Shown: in pieces, positions 12,356 through 24,582 of the stretch
How the letters are laid out: each line of letters opens with the position of its first letter
How positions within the stretch are numbered: the first letter of the stretch is position 1
Assembly: GCA_964016885.1 (NCBI GenBank)
Contig: OZ024742.1
Location: 180,916,001 to 180,980,000 of the forward strand
Source of the DNA: Eledone cirrhosa
Taxonomy: Eukaryota
Direction: 5' to 3'
Length of the DNA stretch: 64,000 nucleotides
The notes under the pieces: generated by a model
Told to the model about the DNA's origin: nothing
Seen by the model: only the letters and a program-made list of their open reading frames with translations
Database searches by the model: none
Translations under genes and position numbers: made by a program

Positions 12356-12416
<61 letters not shown>

Positions 12417-12456
12417 TATATATTATTTCAATTAATATAATTGACAATTTAATTTC

Positions 12457-12499
<43 letters not shown>

Positions 12500-12730
12500 T
12501 ATATATATTATTTCAATTAATATAATTGACAATTTAATTATTTTCCATCTAAAGTACATATTTTTGCTTGAAATATGTACTTTGTTTATATGCAAGATAC
12601 ATGGTCCTTTCTCTCTCTCTATATATATACATATGCATCTATTAATTTGAATTATTATTGGTCTGAACAAATGTCCATGGTTCGGAAGTACAAATACCTT
12701 AAATTTGTAAATATTATTTGTAAATATGTC

Positions 12731-12815
<85 letters not shown>

Positions 12816-12824
12816 TTATGTTAA

Positions 12825-12957
12825 TTTTATTCATTTTATTAAGGCTAAACTAAATAGTGAGTCTTGTTACTCTGGAGTTTTGCCTATTAATCACAGGAAA
12901 GTGAAACTCCGGAGTAACTAGACTCACTATTTAGTCTTAATAAAATAAATGATAAAA
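12825..12957. repeat. Fold-back element containing the 3' half of an HHR
   Basis: ctaaatagtgagtct.gttactc.ggagttt pairs with GAAACTCCGGAGTAactagactcactatttag..aataaa. Confidence 0.8.
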
Positions 12958-13008
12958 CTCTACTTTGTTATTGAGTACTCTTTTCTTTCAGCCATCAACC
13001 ACATACAG

Positions 13009-13050
<42 letters not shown>

Positions 13051-14130
13051 AATAGTAGAAAAGAAGAGAATTCCTTGGTACAGTAAGATAAATTTGAAAG
13101 AAGGTGGATGAAAGACATAAAACCACCAGTGAGGTCATTTTTCCCCTTTTTCAATATACATATATATACATACAGACAGGCACACATATACACAGCTGGG
13201 TTTGTGTATGTGCATGTAATTATAAGAAAATCACAGTTGTCAGAGAAAGGAAAAGCAAAATTGATACCAAATGCAATTTAGGTTCAGTAAACAGAGGGAC
13301 AGACAGAAGTGTAAATCTATTAAAGTATTTCCTACACTAACATTTTACTGTTTGTACCATACATGACAAAGTTCAGTGTTGGAACCTTTTAGTGAAGGTC
13401 ATATATCTCTATGGTAGACCTTATTCAATTGGACTAATATCTTTTGCCTGTTAATATTAATCTTTCCCATGAATCATGAGACATTTAAATGAAAGGGAAG
13501 AAAAAAGAAAGAATACAAAACATCCATGACTAAACTGTAAATGTAGGCTGAAAGATCCCAGATTATTATTGCAATAAACTATAGTTCCCACCCTCTAAAT
13601 TTTACAAATAAATCATCATTCTGATTTTTTATATCGAATAGGTTGTCTTTGATTTATAGGAGAAACTAAATGGTGTTCACTTTCATTCTTTATATATCTA
13701 TGTCTTTTGCTTTTCTTTTGTTGTTTTTTTTGTGTATTTGTGTAGAGCATTAGCAATGTAAATGGAGTGGAAAGGCTACAAGCTGGATACAATATGGAAT
13801 CTTGCATCCTGCTGCTGTTGCTGTTTAGCAAACCTTGCTTTTCTCTTCCTCTCTAGTAAATTACAATATTGATTTTTCATTGAAGTACAAGACCAATTAT
13901 TGAACACCATCGATGCAGTTGATTGGATTAACTCTAGTAATTATTTTATCAATCTCAGGAGAAAGGAGTGGAAGGATACTGAAACCTAAAATGGAGTTGA
14001 ACTCAGATTAGTCATAGGCATAACTATGTGGTTTAACTCTTAACATCCTGTACCACATGAAACCGCATGAGCAAGATGTTCTTAAAAAGTACAAAAAAAC
14101 GCTATAACTATATTACATTATATATTATAG

Positions 14131-14318
14131 TGCGGTGGATTGGCAGTATCGGTAGAGGGTCGGACGCCATGCTTTCCAGCATAGTTACGTCCCTTTACAA
14201 TCTGAGTTCAAATCCCGCCGAGGTTGACTTTACCTTTCATCCTTACGGGGTCGATAAAATAAAGTACCAGTAATGCACTGGGTAATTGCTGGCCTTGTGC
14301 CTAAAGTTGAAACAATTA
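14131..14318 (+). mobile_element. SINE family A
   Basis: A and B boxes and body as at 1593. Confidence 0.85.
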
Positions 14319-14452
14319 TATATTATTAAAGTCTTTACTCTAATACTGTAAATTTTCACAATGATCTGTCCACTAGCAAATATACTATAAACATTTTAAT
14401 TAACAAATCACATAAAACCACATTAGCAAGATATTCTTTAAAATAATATATG

Positions 14453-15070
14453 AAATAATAATAATAATAATAATAAAATTATTGTGTACAGTGCTCAGGT
14501 GCACTACAGCTCGTCAAAGGTGCACGTATAGTACATAGAATAATATACAAATGTCAGGGAAGTGAATAGTGTATAAGTCATGATATACATGTGTGCGTGT
14601 GTATGGAGGGGGAATATTAGGTGTAGTGTTGACGAATCTCAGGAAGCATGGAGGTTTTAAAGGATGCAGTGTCTCGACAGCTAACAACAGATGCAGAGAG
14701 TTGGTTCCATGCTTCAGCAACTCTGAGCGTGAAAAAATGTTTCCGAAAGTCATGGGAGCTGTACTGTTTTCTGACTTTGTGGGCAAGCTCACGTGTGTTA
14801 GACATATGGAAATCAAAAAGGTGCTCAGGGTTGTTGTTGGCAAGATGGTTAATAATTTTGAGGGTTTTTACCAAGTCAGTTGCCAGACGTCGGAGCTTCA
14901 ATGTATCCATGCCCAGGGAAGCAAGGCGTTCAGAGTATGGTAGATGCCTGTGGAGGGTATTCGCTTGGTTACACGTCTCTGAACAGTTTCCAGGCGGTCA
15001 ATGTTCTCCGCAAGATAGGGGTTCCAGACAGGTGATGCAAATTCTAAGTGTGGCCACACCATAGCTATAA
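14453..15070 (-). mobile_element. CR1-clade LINE 3' fragment
   Basis: Encodes VWPHLEFASPVWNP, LETVQRR, YSERLASLG, RRL..DL and FFTLRVAEAWNQL, with a (TTA)n tail. Confidence 0.88.
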
Positions 15071-15389
15071 TAAAGTCTTTACTCTAATACTGTAAATGTT
15101 CACAACGATCTGCCCACTAGTAAAGATACTATAAACATTTTAATTAAAAAACATGTTTGGAGAAATCTTTTCTAAATTATAACAGAAGTTTAACATTTAA
15201 GAAGTCCACCTCACAATTATATGAATCTGGGTTCAATCCTACTGTATGACAACTTGTAACATTGTCAAATACTGTGATTTAGCCTCAACTTCACCGATAA
15301 CATATACGTAAATAGAATTTGAAAGATGAAAATTGGGCAGAATTCTTATCTTTTATTTCAAATATTAAACTAAACTTCATTATTTTACT

Positions 15390-15778
15390 GGGGTGGATTG
15401 GCAGTATCGGTAGGGGATCGGATGCCATGCTTTGAAGCATAGAGTTACCTCCCTGTATGATCTGAGTTCAAATCCCGCCGAGGTTAACTTTGCCTTTCAT
15501 CCTTCCGGGGTCGATAGAATAAAGTACCAGTAATGCATTGGGTAATTGCTGGCCTTGTGCCAAAAGTAGAAACAATAATTTTACTGTGGCGGTGGATTGA
15601 CAGTATCAGTAGAGGGTCGGATGCCATGCTTTGACGCATAGAGTTATGGCTCTTGCCATTCTGAGTTCAAATACCGCCGAGATTAACTTTGCCTTTCCTC
15701 CCTACGGGGTCGATAAAATAAAGTACCAGTAATGCACTGGGTAATTGTTGGCCTTGTGCCAAATGTAGAAACAATTAT
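15390..15778 (+). mobile_element. Two SINE A copies head to tail
   Basis: Full copies at ~15390-15578 and ~15588-15778, each bordered by a ttttactg-like spacer. Confidence 0.85.
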
Positions 15779-17734
15779 TTTACTGTGTTCTTTATGTGTT
15801 GTTTTTCATTACTTTTGAATTGTTTTTGACCTTACGTAAGTGTACATATATGTTTGTGTGTGTATGTGTGTGTGTGTGTATGTGTGTGGTTGTGTATGAG
15901 CTTATGTATTTGTGTGTGTACATGCTTTTGTTTACAGGTGCGTATAGTTTTTTTTTCTATTTCATGAATACAATAAAGAACTGAAATCACAATGTGTCAC
16001 ATAAAACTTCCATGGTCCCAGCAGATAAAATGGTAAATGTGTTCCTCTGGGGGATCATGAGGGAGATGGGGCTTCTTCTTGCAAATGATCATCTTTATAC
16101 AAATTAAAGTGAGTAGAGAGGGAAGTGGTTCAATGGCCCAGGAAGTCAGTTGTTGTCACCAAGGAAACTTGTTGCAAAGGAATTGTATGTAATTTCTAAT
16201 ATACCTGTCTTTCATGCGCATGTGAGTGTGATATTATACTGTTGAGAGTACTGGTTGATTGTATTTGATGTTCTCTGGTGTTACTGGTAAGAAGAGTGAC
16301 AATAAATTTAGCTGGTGCTGCTTTAAGACTGTTGTTGAACTCATTCTTTCTTATATACACATATATACACCAGGTCCAAACACAAAAGAACTGAACTCTC
16401 ACTGTCACTGCCTCTGTCTTTCCAACTCTCCCTATTTCTCACAATTGTGAGCAAATGGGAGCACATGCGCAGGACACTCCGTGGTCCTGGCAGTTTGTGA
16501 CCTTCAGCCCTGTTGAGTGATGAGGAATTAGTCTGCTGCTTACTTCAGCAAGTTATCACTGGAAGAAGTAGCATTGTAAATTGATTAGGGGCTTACCACT
16601 TCAAAACAGAAAAACAGTGATTACATCTGACATTTCGTCAACCCCTAGATCAAACCCAACCTATTCCAGCTGCAAGGGATAACTACTTATATTCAAAGGA
16701 TGTGTATCACTGAAACTGGCATGCCAAGTGGCTGGCACTGATATAACAGTAGTTTCAATTGTAGTCAAAATACTTGAACATAGTAAAAAACCCAAATTAG
16801 AATTACATCCATGGTATGTAGAAAAAAGTTTAATGATCAACTCTTCTCAAGAAAAGTAAGGGTGATAACTCTGGAATATAAATTAATTAAAAATTGAATG
16901 AAGTCATGTCATGGAAAGTGAGTTTGATCTTTGGCAAGTATGGGAACATCACCATGTTTCGATCATATCAGGACTCTACAGTAAAGTATTTAGCCGGCTT
17001 TTAGATGTCTAAGAGATATAAAACTTTATAGAGAATAAACACTGATAGGTATAATAACTTAAAAGAATGACTAAAGAAAAGAGGTAATACCTAGAGATAC
17101 GTTCTGCATAAATACATATAATTACCTATATTTTGTTATTCATTCTTTGAGCAACCAATGATACAACTGTAATACATCATCATGAGAAGATGTTAAAAGC
17201 AAGCTTTCAAAAAAAAGAAAAATTGAATATATATCTTTATCTATGTTTGGCTTAGGGAACAAAATATTGCAGCATGAGAAACAATGTGAGAGATCAATTT
17301 CTATATTTTGCCAAATAAATCATTTTGCCTATCAAGTAGGTGTCTTTCTACTAGAATAAATGAGATGGAAGTAAAATCATTGAAGTGTGTAATTGGTTCT
17401 GACATGTAGTTGGCACCTAATGTAAAACACTGCATTCAGCCTTAGATGCTGAAATCATACATATCTTGTGGATTTATGAGGTAAATAAATATCAGGAATT
17501 GCAAAAGAAAAAAGTATTTCAAGGCTAAACCAAAAGCTGCACTTGTGGGCTCCATGACAAGTTTTATACACATTATCGGATCTTTTTTGAGGCAATGTTT
17601 AATGGCTGGATGCACTTCCTGGTGCCAACCCTTTTACTCATATCTTACGTCATATCTTACAACATACAGTGATGCACAGAGTAATGACCTCTAATTCAAG
17701 CACAAATCCAGGAATATATGGCAAGGAGAACATT

Positions 17735-17893
17735 GATTATATCACCCCAGTATTTTGCTGGTGCTTTATTTTATCAACCTCGAAAGAACTAAAAACAAAT
17801 TGGACCTGGGTGGAATTTGAACACAGAATGTAAAAGCATGTAACTAAATACCACAAAGCATTTTGTCTGGTGCTTTAACACTTCTGCCAATCC
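17735..17893 (-). mobile_element. Diverged SINE A relative
   Basis: Shows tttattttatcaacc, ggaatttgaac and ctgccaatcc. Confidence 0.6.
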
Positions 17894-18029
17894 AACACCT
17901 ATTACATACAGGAATTATTTTATGATAATTTATTGTGATATAAAAGAGACAGGTTTCTTTCTCAGAACCTGAAAATACAAAATTGCAATGTCTTAAGGTT
18001 TAACATGTAAAAATGAAATAATAAATAAA

Positions 18030-18315
18030 GATGGCTTCTACTTCACCCACTTATTCCTGAGAGGGTCGTGGAGGCAGAGTCCTCAAAAACACTCCTTCCA
18101 GTTGGTCCTGTCAGAAGTAACCATTTCTAACTGATCCAGCTGGATCCCTAAGCATGACCAGCCAAGCTTATGGATGTTATCCAGCCATCTTGCTTGGGGT
18201 CTATCCCTGGGTCTCTTGCAAGTTGGTTTTGCCCATAAAATCTGTCCAGTGATTCTTTCGTGATACATTCTAACCACTTGCTCATAGTATCGGAGCTGTG
18301 ATCTGTAAATTTGTG
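18030..18315 (-). mobile_element. Rex3/Expander-like RTE 3' end
   Basis: Encodes AKPTCKRPRDRPQARWLDNI..LGWSCLGI..DRTNW and ends in cgaccc..ataagtgg. Confidence 0.7.
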
Positions 18316-18358
18316 GAAAAGATGACTGATGGTAAAAAAGACATTTGAATTTAAAATA

Positions 18359-18506
18359 ATTGTTTCTACTTTAGGCACAAGGCCATCAATTACCCAGTAC
18401 ATTACTGGTATTTTATTTTATCGACTCCGTAAGGATGAAAGGCAAAGTTAACCTTGGTGGGATTTGAACTCAGACCGTAAAGGGACGTAATTATGCTAGA
18501 AAGCAT
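18359..18506 (-). mobile_element. SINE family A
   Basis: Reverse complement of the family A body. Confidence 0.8.
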
Positions 18507-18699
18507 AAAATAATGAGGCTGTGAATTGAGACAATTGTTAGAGCATAGGACAAACTACTTTGTAGTTATTTTTTCTAGCTCTCAGCTCCATCGTCATCCT
18601 TATCATTATCATCATAACCATCAACATTATCGTTTTATGTCAGCTTTTCCATGCTTGTATGGGTTGGATAGATCTTTTTCAGCACACCATCACTCCACT

Positions 18700-18980
18700 A
18701 GTATTCCTTTATCATCTCTTTTGTGAGCTTCACCAATTTTAGATGAGCTCTTGCCATCTCCTCACAGGTTTTCCATGGCCTTCCTCTACGGTGGTTGCAT
18801 TCTACTACAATCCCTTGGCAGTACTTCACCCAGCAATCCTCATCCATGTCCATCAAATGTCCAAACCAGAACAGTTTTCTCTGTAGCACCTTACACCTGT
18901 CTCCTCTTATACCCAGTATTTCTCTCTGTTCTTCCATGCTTAATATTCCTTGCACGTTAACATTGCACCATCTTGAGTAA
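18700..18980 (-). mobile_element. Old RTE 3' fragment
   Basis: Encodes LGIRG..KLFWFGHLMDMDEDCWVK..RGRPWKT. Confidence 0.75.
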
Positions 18981-19229
18981 AAATCTAATCAAAGTCAACT
19001 TTAGCTATAATCTTTTCAGAGTTGATAAAATAAAGTACAAAGACAATAAACTGGCAGAAATATTAAAATATTAGATGAGATACCTTGTATTGTGTGCTCT
19101 CATTCTATGTGATGTGTTCTGAGTTAAAATCCCGCTGGATGGGAAGACTTAATTCATCACCTTGTTTAACAACACCACCTACTACTAGGGAATCTATTCT
19201 TATGCAAGCATTCAAGCCAGGTCCCAGGT

Positions 19230-19925
19230 TCGAGTATAACTTTCTCCTCATTCTTACCAGTCTGAGAGGGGCACTGATAAGTTAAGTATTGTGGGTACTG
19301 ACCTTCATTTTCACCAGACGTGAATGCTCAGAAATATTTCATTGCTCTCATCAGATTTAGAGGTCCTGATAAAGCTCATAGTCACTTCTCCTCCCATCAA
19401 CCCCAGGGATCTGAAATATGTCATAGGCACTCTCATTCATTTTCACCAGTCTTAGAGGTCCAGAGATATGTCATGGGCACTGTTCCTCCCTCTCATCAGA
19501 CATAGAGTCTTGACAAATGTCATAGGTAATCCCCTTCCCTTCCCTTCCCACCAGTCTCAAATACCCTTATAAAGAGTTATAGACATTATCCTCCACACAC
19601 ACCAGTCTCAAGGACCCTGATAAGGGTCATAAGCATGACTCTTCTCCCCCATCTGTTTTAAAGGCCTTGAAAAGTCTTATAAGCAATACCTTCCCTTCCC
19701 ACCAGCCTCAGGGGCTGTGAAAAGCATCATAGATCATACCCTACCCTCTGACCAGCCTTTGATGTCCTTCCTACCAGTCTCAGGGACCCTGAAAAGCATC
19801 ATAGATCATGCCCTTCCTTCTGACCAGCCTCTGATGTCCTTCCTACCAGTTTCAGGGAGCCTGAAATGGGTCATAGACCATGCCTTTCCCTCTGAACAGC
19901 CTCTGATGTCTCCTTTCCCTGACTA
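19230..19925. repeat. Degenerate tandem minisatellite (~60-72 bp units)
   Basis: Recurrent ccagtctcagggaccctgaaaag..tcatag units. The last three are ~72 bp and well conserved. Confidence 0.8.
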
Positions 19926-20179
19926 AACAATAAAACCAAAAAGAAATGAGTGTGTGTGTTGTAGTAAGACAATTTAAGTTTTGACCTTTCATGTTCCATC
20001 CATTGTGGCCATCTTTTGTAGAGACTTTACAATCTTATTTCATCAATGATTTCATTATAATATCCAAGATGGCAGCTAATTACAGAAGACATTTCCTTGA
20101 CAAAGTCCAACGCATCAAACCTTATATCAAAATGAATTGTTTTCTTCTCATGACTATTAGAGAACATTTCTTTTCTATT

Positions 20180-21850
20180 TATATGTGTGCATTTCTGCAT
20201 GTATTAGTGTGTGTATGCATATGCGTGTGAGTGTTAAATGTGTGTGCATGTGACATGTGTTTATGAGTATGCGTTTGTGTGTGTGTATGTGTGTGTGTGC
20301 TTGCATGTGTGTGTTGTCTATATGCATGTGTACATTTGTATGTGTATTCATATATATGTGTGTGTTGAGTGTATGGGTATGAATGTGTTTCTGTGTGTGC
20401 TTTCCTGTATGTTAGCATGTATGTGTGTTGGCATGTGTTTGTATGTGTGTGTGTTTGCATGTGTGTTTGTCTTCATGTATGTCTGTGTGTATGTGCACTG
20501 GAATGTGTGTTTGTATGTGTGTGTTGTGTGTGAGTGTGTGTATGTGTTTGTATGTGTGTATATATATGTATGTAAATGTGTGTGTATGCATGTGCATGTG
20601 TTTGTGTGTGCATGTGAATTTGTGTGTAAGTGTTTGTGTATTTGTATATGTGTTTATTTGCATGTGTGTGTATATTTGTATGTGTGCATATTTTTATAGG
20701 TGTGTAAAGTTGTATGTGTGTATATTTGTATAGGTGTGTATATTTTTATGTGTGTGTATATTTGTATGGGTGTGTATATTTGTATGGGTGTGTATATTTG
20801 TATGGGTGAGTATATTTGTATGGGTGAGTATATTTGTATGGATGTATATTTGTATGTGTGTGTATATTTATATATATATGTATATTTGTATAGGTGTGTA
20901 TATTTGTATGTGTGTATATTTGTATGTGTATATATTTGTATGTGTGTATATTTGTATGTGTGTATATTTGTATGGGTGTGTATATTTGTATGTGTGTATA
21001 TTTGTATGTGTATATATTTGTATGTGTGTATATTTGTATGGGTGTGTATATTTTTATGTGTATATTTGCATGTGTGTATATTTGTATGGGTGTGTATTTG
21101 TATGTGTGTATATTTGTATGGGTGTGTATATTTGTATGTATGTATATTTGTATGCGTGTGCATATTTGTATGTGTGTGTGTATTTGTATGTGTGTATATT
21201 TGTATGTGTGTGTGTATTTGTATGTGTGTATATTTGTATATGTGTGTGTATTTGTATGGGTGTGTATATTTGTATGTGTATATTTGTATGGGTGTGTATA
21301 TTTGTATGTAGGTATATTTGTATGTGTGTGTGTATTTGTATGTGTGTATATTTGTATGTGTGTATATTTGTATGTGTGTGTGTATTTGTATGTGTATATA
21401 TTTGTATGCGTGTATATTTGTATGTGTGTATATTTGTATGTGTATATATGTGTATGGGTGTGTATATTTGTATGTGTGTATATTTGTATATGTGTGTATA
21501 TTTGTATGTGTGTATATTTGTATGGGTGTGTATATTTGTATAGGTGTGTATATCTGTATGTGTGTGTGTGCATTTGTATGTGTGTATATTTGTATGTGTG
21601 TATATTTGTATGTGTATATATTTGTATGTGTGTGTATATTTGTATGTGTATATATTTGTATGTGTGTATATTTGTATGGGTGTGTATATTTGTATGTATG
21701 TATATTTGTATATGTGTGTGTATTTGTATGTGTGTGTGTATTTGTGTGTGTGTATTTGTATGTGTGTCTATTTGTATATGTGTGTGTATTTACATGTGTG
21801 TGTGTATTTGTGTGTGTGTATTTATATGTGTGTATATTTGTATATGTGAA
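20180..21850. repeat. TG-rich simple repeat grading into a 16-18 bp minisatellite (gtgtatatttgtatgt)
   Basis: Directly visible. Confidence 0.95.
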
Positions 21851-21894
21851 TGGAAATTTAGTTTCAGGATAATAATGATTAGAGAGATCCTGCC

Positions 21895-22590
21895 AAAAGG
21901 ACCTGTCCAAGATGTGAGCAGGACATCGAAACCGTTCTGCACGCAATTGTTCTGTGCCCAGGGGTGACCGACCTGTGGAATTATGTCGAACAGCTACTGT
22001 CACATGTAGGACGCATCCTGTTGTCAGCCAAGGCCATCGTGAGGATCACCTAGTCGCCTTCATTTAAGAATGAAGGAGAGGTGGTCTTCCTCTGTCTGGT
22101 GGCTATGGTGAAAGAGGTAATATGGTGGACGAAGTTAAAAGGACTGAGGGCAAACACCTTTCTCTCCGGACAACAACTCATCCTCTTCTTTAAGTACCAC
22201 TTCAGAAGGAAGGTGAGAGTGGAGAGCGAGAGGTGCTACACCCCAGTAAATTCGCTGAACAGTGGGTGAATGTGGCGAAATTGGCCCGGGTGAATGGGCC
22301 TTCTTCTCTGTATAATAAACATGTAGGTTGAGGAAGATAAACAGAGGGAAGATGGGAACACCTACAAAACGTGTTCCTGGTGTTGAGGGTTGTTCTATCC
22401 ACGGGGTGTAAAACAACCCCGCAGTAATGTTACCCCTCCCCCCTCCTTCCCCTAATGGGGATTTCGATTGTTTTATTTTTATATATAGTTTATTGTTATT
22501 TATCATAGTTAAAGATTTTATGTAAAACCCCTGCCGTCACGTCTTGTAATGTCCCATTTTTGTACGCCCTTGTGGCAAATAAAGAAATAT
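21895..22590 (+). mobile_element. Tx1/L1-clade LINE 3' fragment
   Basis: CCHC knuckle CPRCEQDIETVLHAIVLCP..LW, then ..KEVIWWT.., and AATAAA at ~22578 followed by (CAT)n. Confidence 0.75.
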
Positions 22591-23007
22591 ATCATTATCA
22601 TTCACCATCATCATCATCATTGTCATCATCTTGATTATAAACACCATGTTGAACATAATTATAGAGATGATGTTGGTGATGATGATGATGATGATGATTA
22701 CTGAAGTAGTCCTCATCGTCAACTTCATCACCAACACCATCCTCACCAACACCACCACCACCACCACCACAACCATCATCAACATCTTCATTCTCACTCC
22801 ACCACCATGACCACCAATACAACAGCCATCATCATCATCATTATCCTCACTACCAACCTCATCATCATCATCATCATCATCATCACCATCATCATGGTCC
22901 TCAGCATCATCATCACCACCACCACCACCACCACCACCATCATCATCAGCACCACCATCACCACCACATCATCATCATCATCATCATCATTTCCACCACC
23001 ACCACAC

Positions 23008-23043
<36 letters not shown>

Positions 23044-23098
23044 TATCCTCATCATTTCCACCACCACCATACCACCACCACCACCACTACTACACCAC

Positions 23099-23158
<60 letters not shown>

Positions 23159-23265
23159 TATCATCATTATCCTCATCATTTCCACCACCACCATACCACC
23201 ACCACCACCACTACTACACCACCATCATCATCACCACCATCACCACCACATCATCATCATTATCC

Positions 23266-23296
<31 letters not shown>

Positions 23297-23388
23297 CATC
23301 ATTTCCACCACCACCATACCACCACCACCACCACTACTACACCACCATCATCATCACCACCATCACCACCACATCATCATCATTATCC

Positions 23389-23428
<40 letters not shown>

Positions 23429-23624
23429 CGTCATTTCCACCACCACCATACCACCACCACCACCACCACTACTACACCACCATCATCATCACCACTACCA
23501 CCACCACATCATCATCATTATCCTCATCATCATCATCATCGTCATCATTTCCACCACCACCATACCACCACCACCACCACCACCACCACCACCACCATCC
23601 TCATCATCACTACCATCACCACCA

Positions 23625-23664
<40 letters not shown>

Positions 23665-23690
23665 GGAGCAAATCATCAACAACAACACTA
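22590..23690. repeat. (CAT)n/(CAC)n triplet tract with higher-order ~120 bp repeats
   Basis: tcatttccaccaccaccatacc..actactacacc recurs between 23170 and 23570. Confidence 0.95.
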
Positions 23691-23996
23691 AAACAATGGA
23701 AGTAAAAATAGAAATAACCCCAGAAGGATGGTGTGGATATGTATGTGTGCATGTAGCCCAACCCCCTCCTCTGCTCTCTCTAACCCACCTCCATCCTATT
23801 AGATGTATAAAGGACTGAATTAATATTGGCATGTTTCAAATTAAGAACCAAAAACTACAGAACCAGCTGTCAATTATACAGCATATTTTTGCATGCACTC
23901 TTCTGCAGAGAAACAACAATTCCATATGAAGTACACGTATGCATGTGCATACACTTATACACTAACATACACAGACACACACACACACATATATAT

Positions 23997-23997
<1 letters not shown>

Positions 23998-24044
<47 letters not shown>

Positions 24045-24207
24045 TTCGTTTAACGTCCATGTTCCACGCTTGCATGGGTTTGGACGGGAGTTTTCCCACT
24101 TGAGGCAAGAGTGGTTGTCATTGCTCGCATAGGACTGTCTGGCGGGTTTTCTACAGCTGGATGCCCTTCCTAACACCAACCCCATTTACAGTGTGGGGCT
24201 GGGAGGT
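23998..24207 (-). mobile_element. RTE 3'-tail fragment with (GAT)n
   Basis: Reverse complement of ggaagggcatccagc..ggacgttaaacga(tga)n. Confidence 0.8.
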
Positions 24208-24208
24208 T

Positions 24209-24262
<54 letters not shown>

Positions 24263-24307
24263 AATAAAATGTGAAGAGGAGGCACACGAGTTAGGATATA
24301 TATATAT

Positions 24308-24537
24308 ATATGAAAATAGGGAGAAAGAAACGATTATGAGAAAGAAAAAAATTTTTTTTTTCATTTTTTTGTCTCTCTCTCTTTTTCTGGGTTAGAAAAT
24401 GATTAAACGAAATGTTTTACTTTGTGTGAAGTTTTAATCATTTTCTAACCCAGAAAAATGAGAGAGACAGACAAAAATAATTAAAAAAAAAAATTTTTCT
24501 TCCTCATAATCGTCTCTTTCTCCCTATTTTCACATAT
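24308..24537. repeat. Fold-back inverted repeat (~100 bp arms) inside (TA)n
   Basis: tgaaaatagggagaaag..ctgggttagaaaatgattaaa pairs with tttaatcattttctaacccag..ctttctccctattttca. Confidence 0.9.
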
Positions 24538-24582
24538 ATATATACATACATATACATATGTGTATATATATATATATATATC

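Larger units (their letters stand above)
8560..12356 (+). mobile_element. Non-autonomous Helitron interrupted by a hAT element
   Basis: 5' tatataaaactgaagttgtctgt matches the Helitron at 41780. The 3' end has the hairpin gcccgaacaacgccgggc followed by CTAG|T at 12353-12357. Confidence 0.75.

Noticed and set aside
16038-16443. Possible solo LTR (TG..CA)
   Set aside because: No TSD or terminal inverted repeat could be identified.
20179-22003. Long ORFs (up to 449 aa) of YIYI/HTHT/CVCV type, here and at the (TA)n tracts
   Set aside because: They are stop-free translations of micro- and minisatellites.
22807-23691. 294 aa Ser/His/Thr-rich ORF
   Set aside because: It is the translation of a CAT/CAC triplet tract, with no splice or domain evidence.
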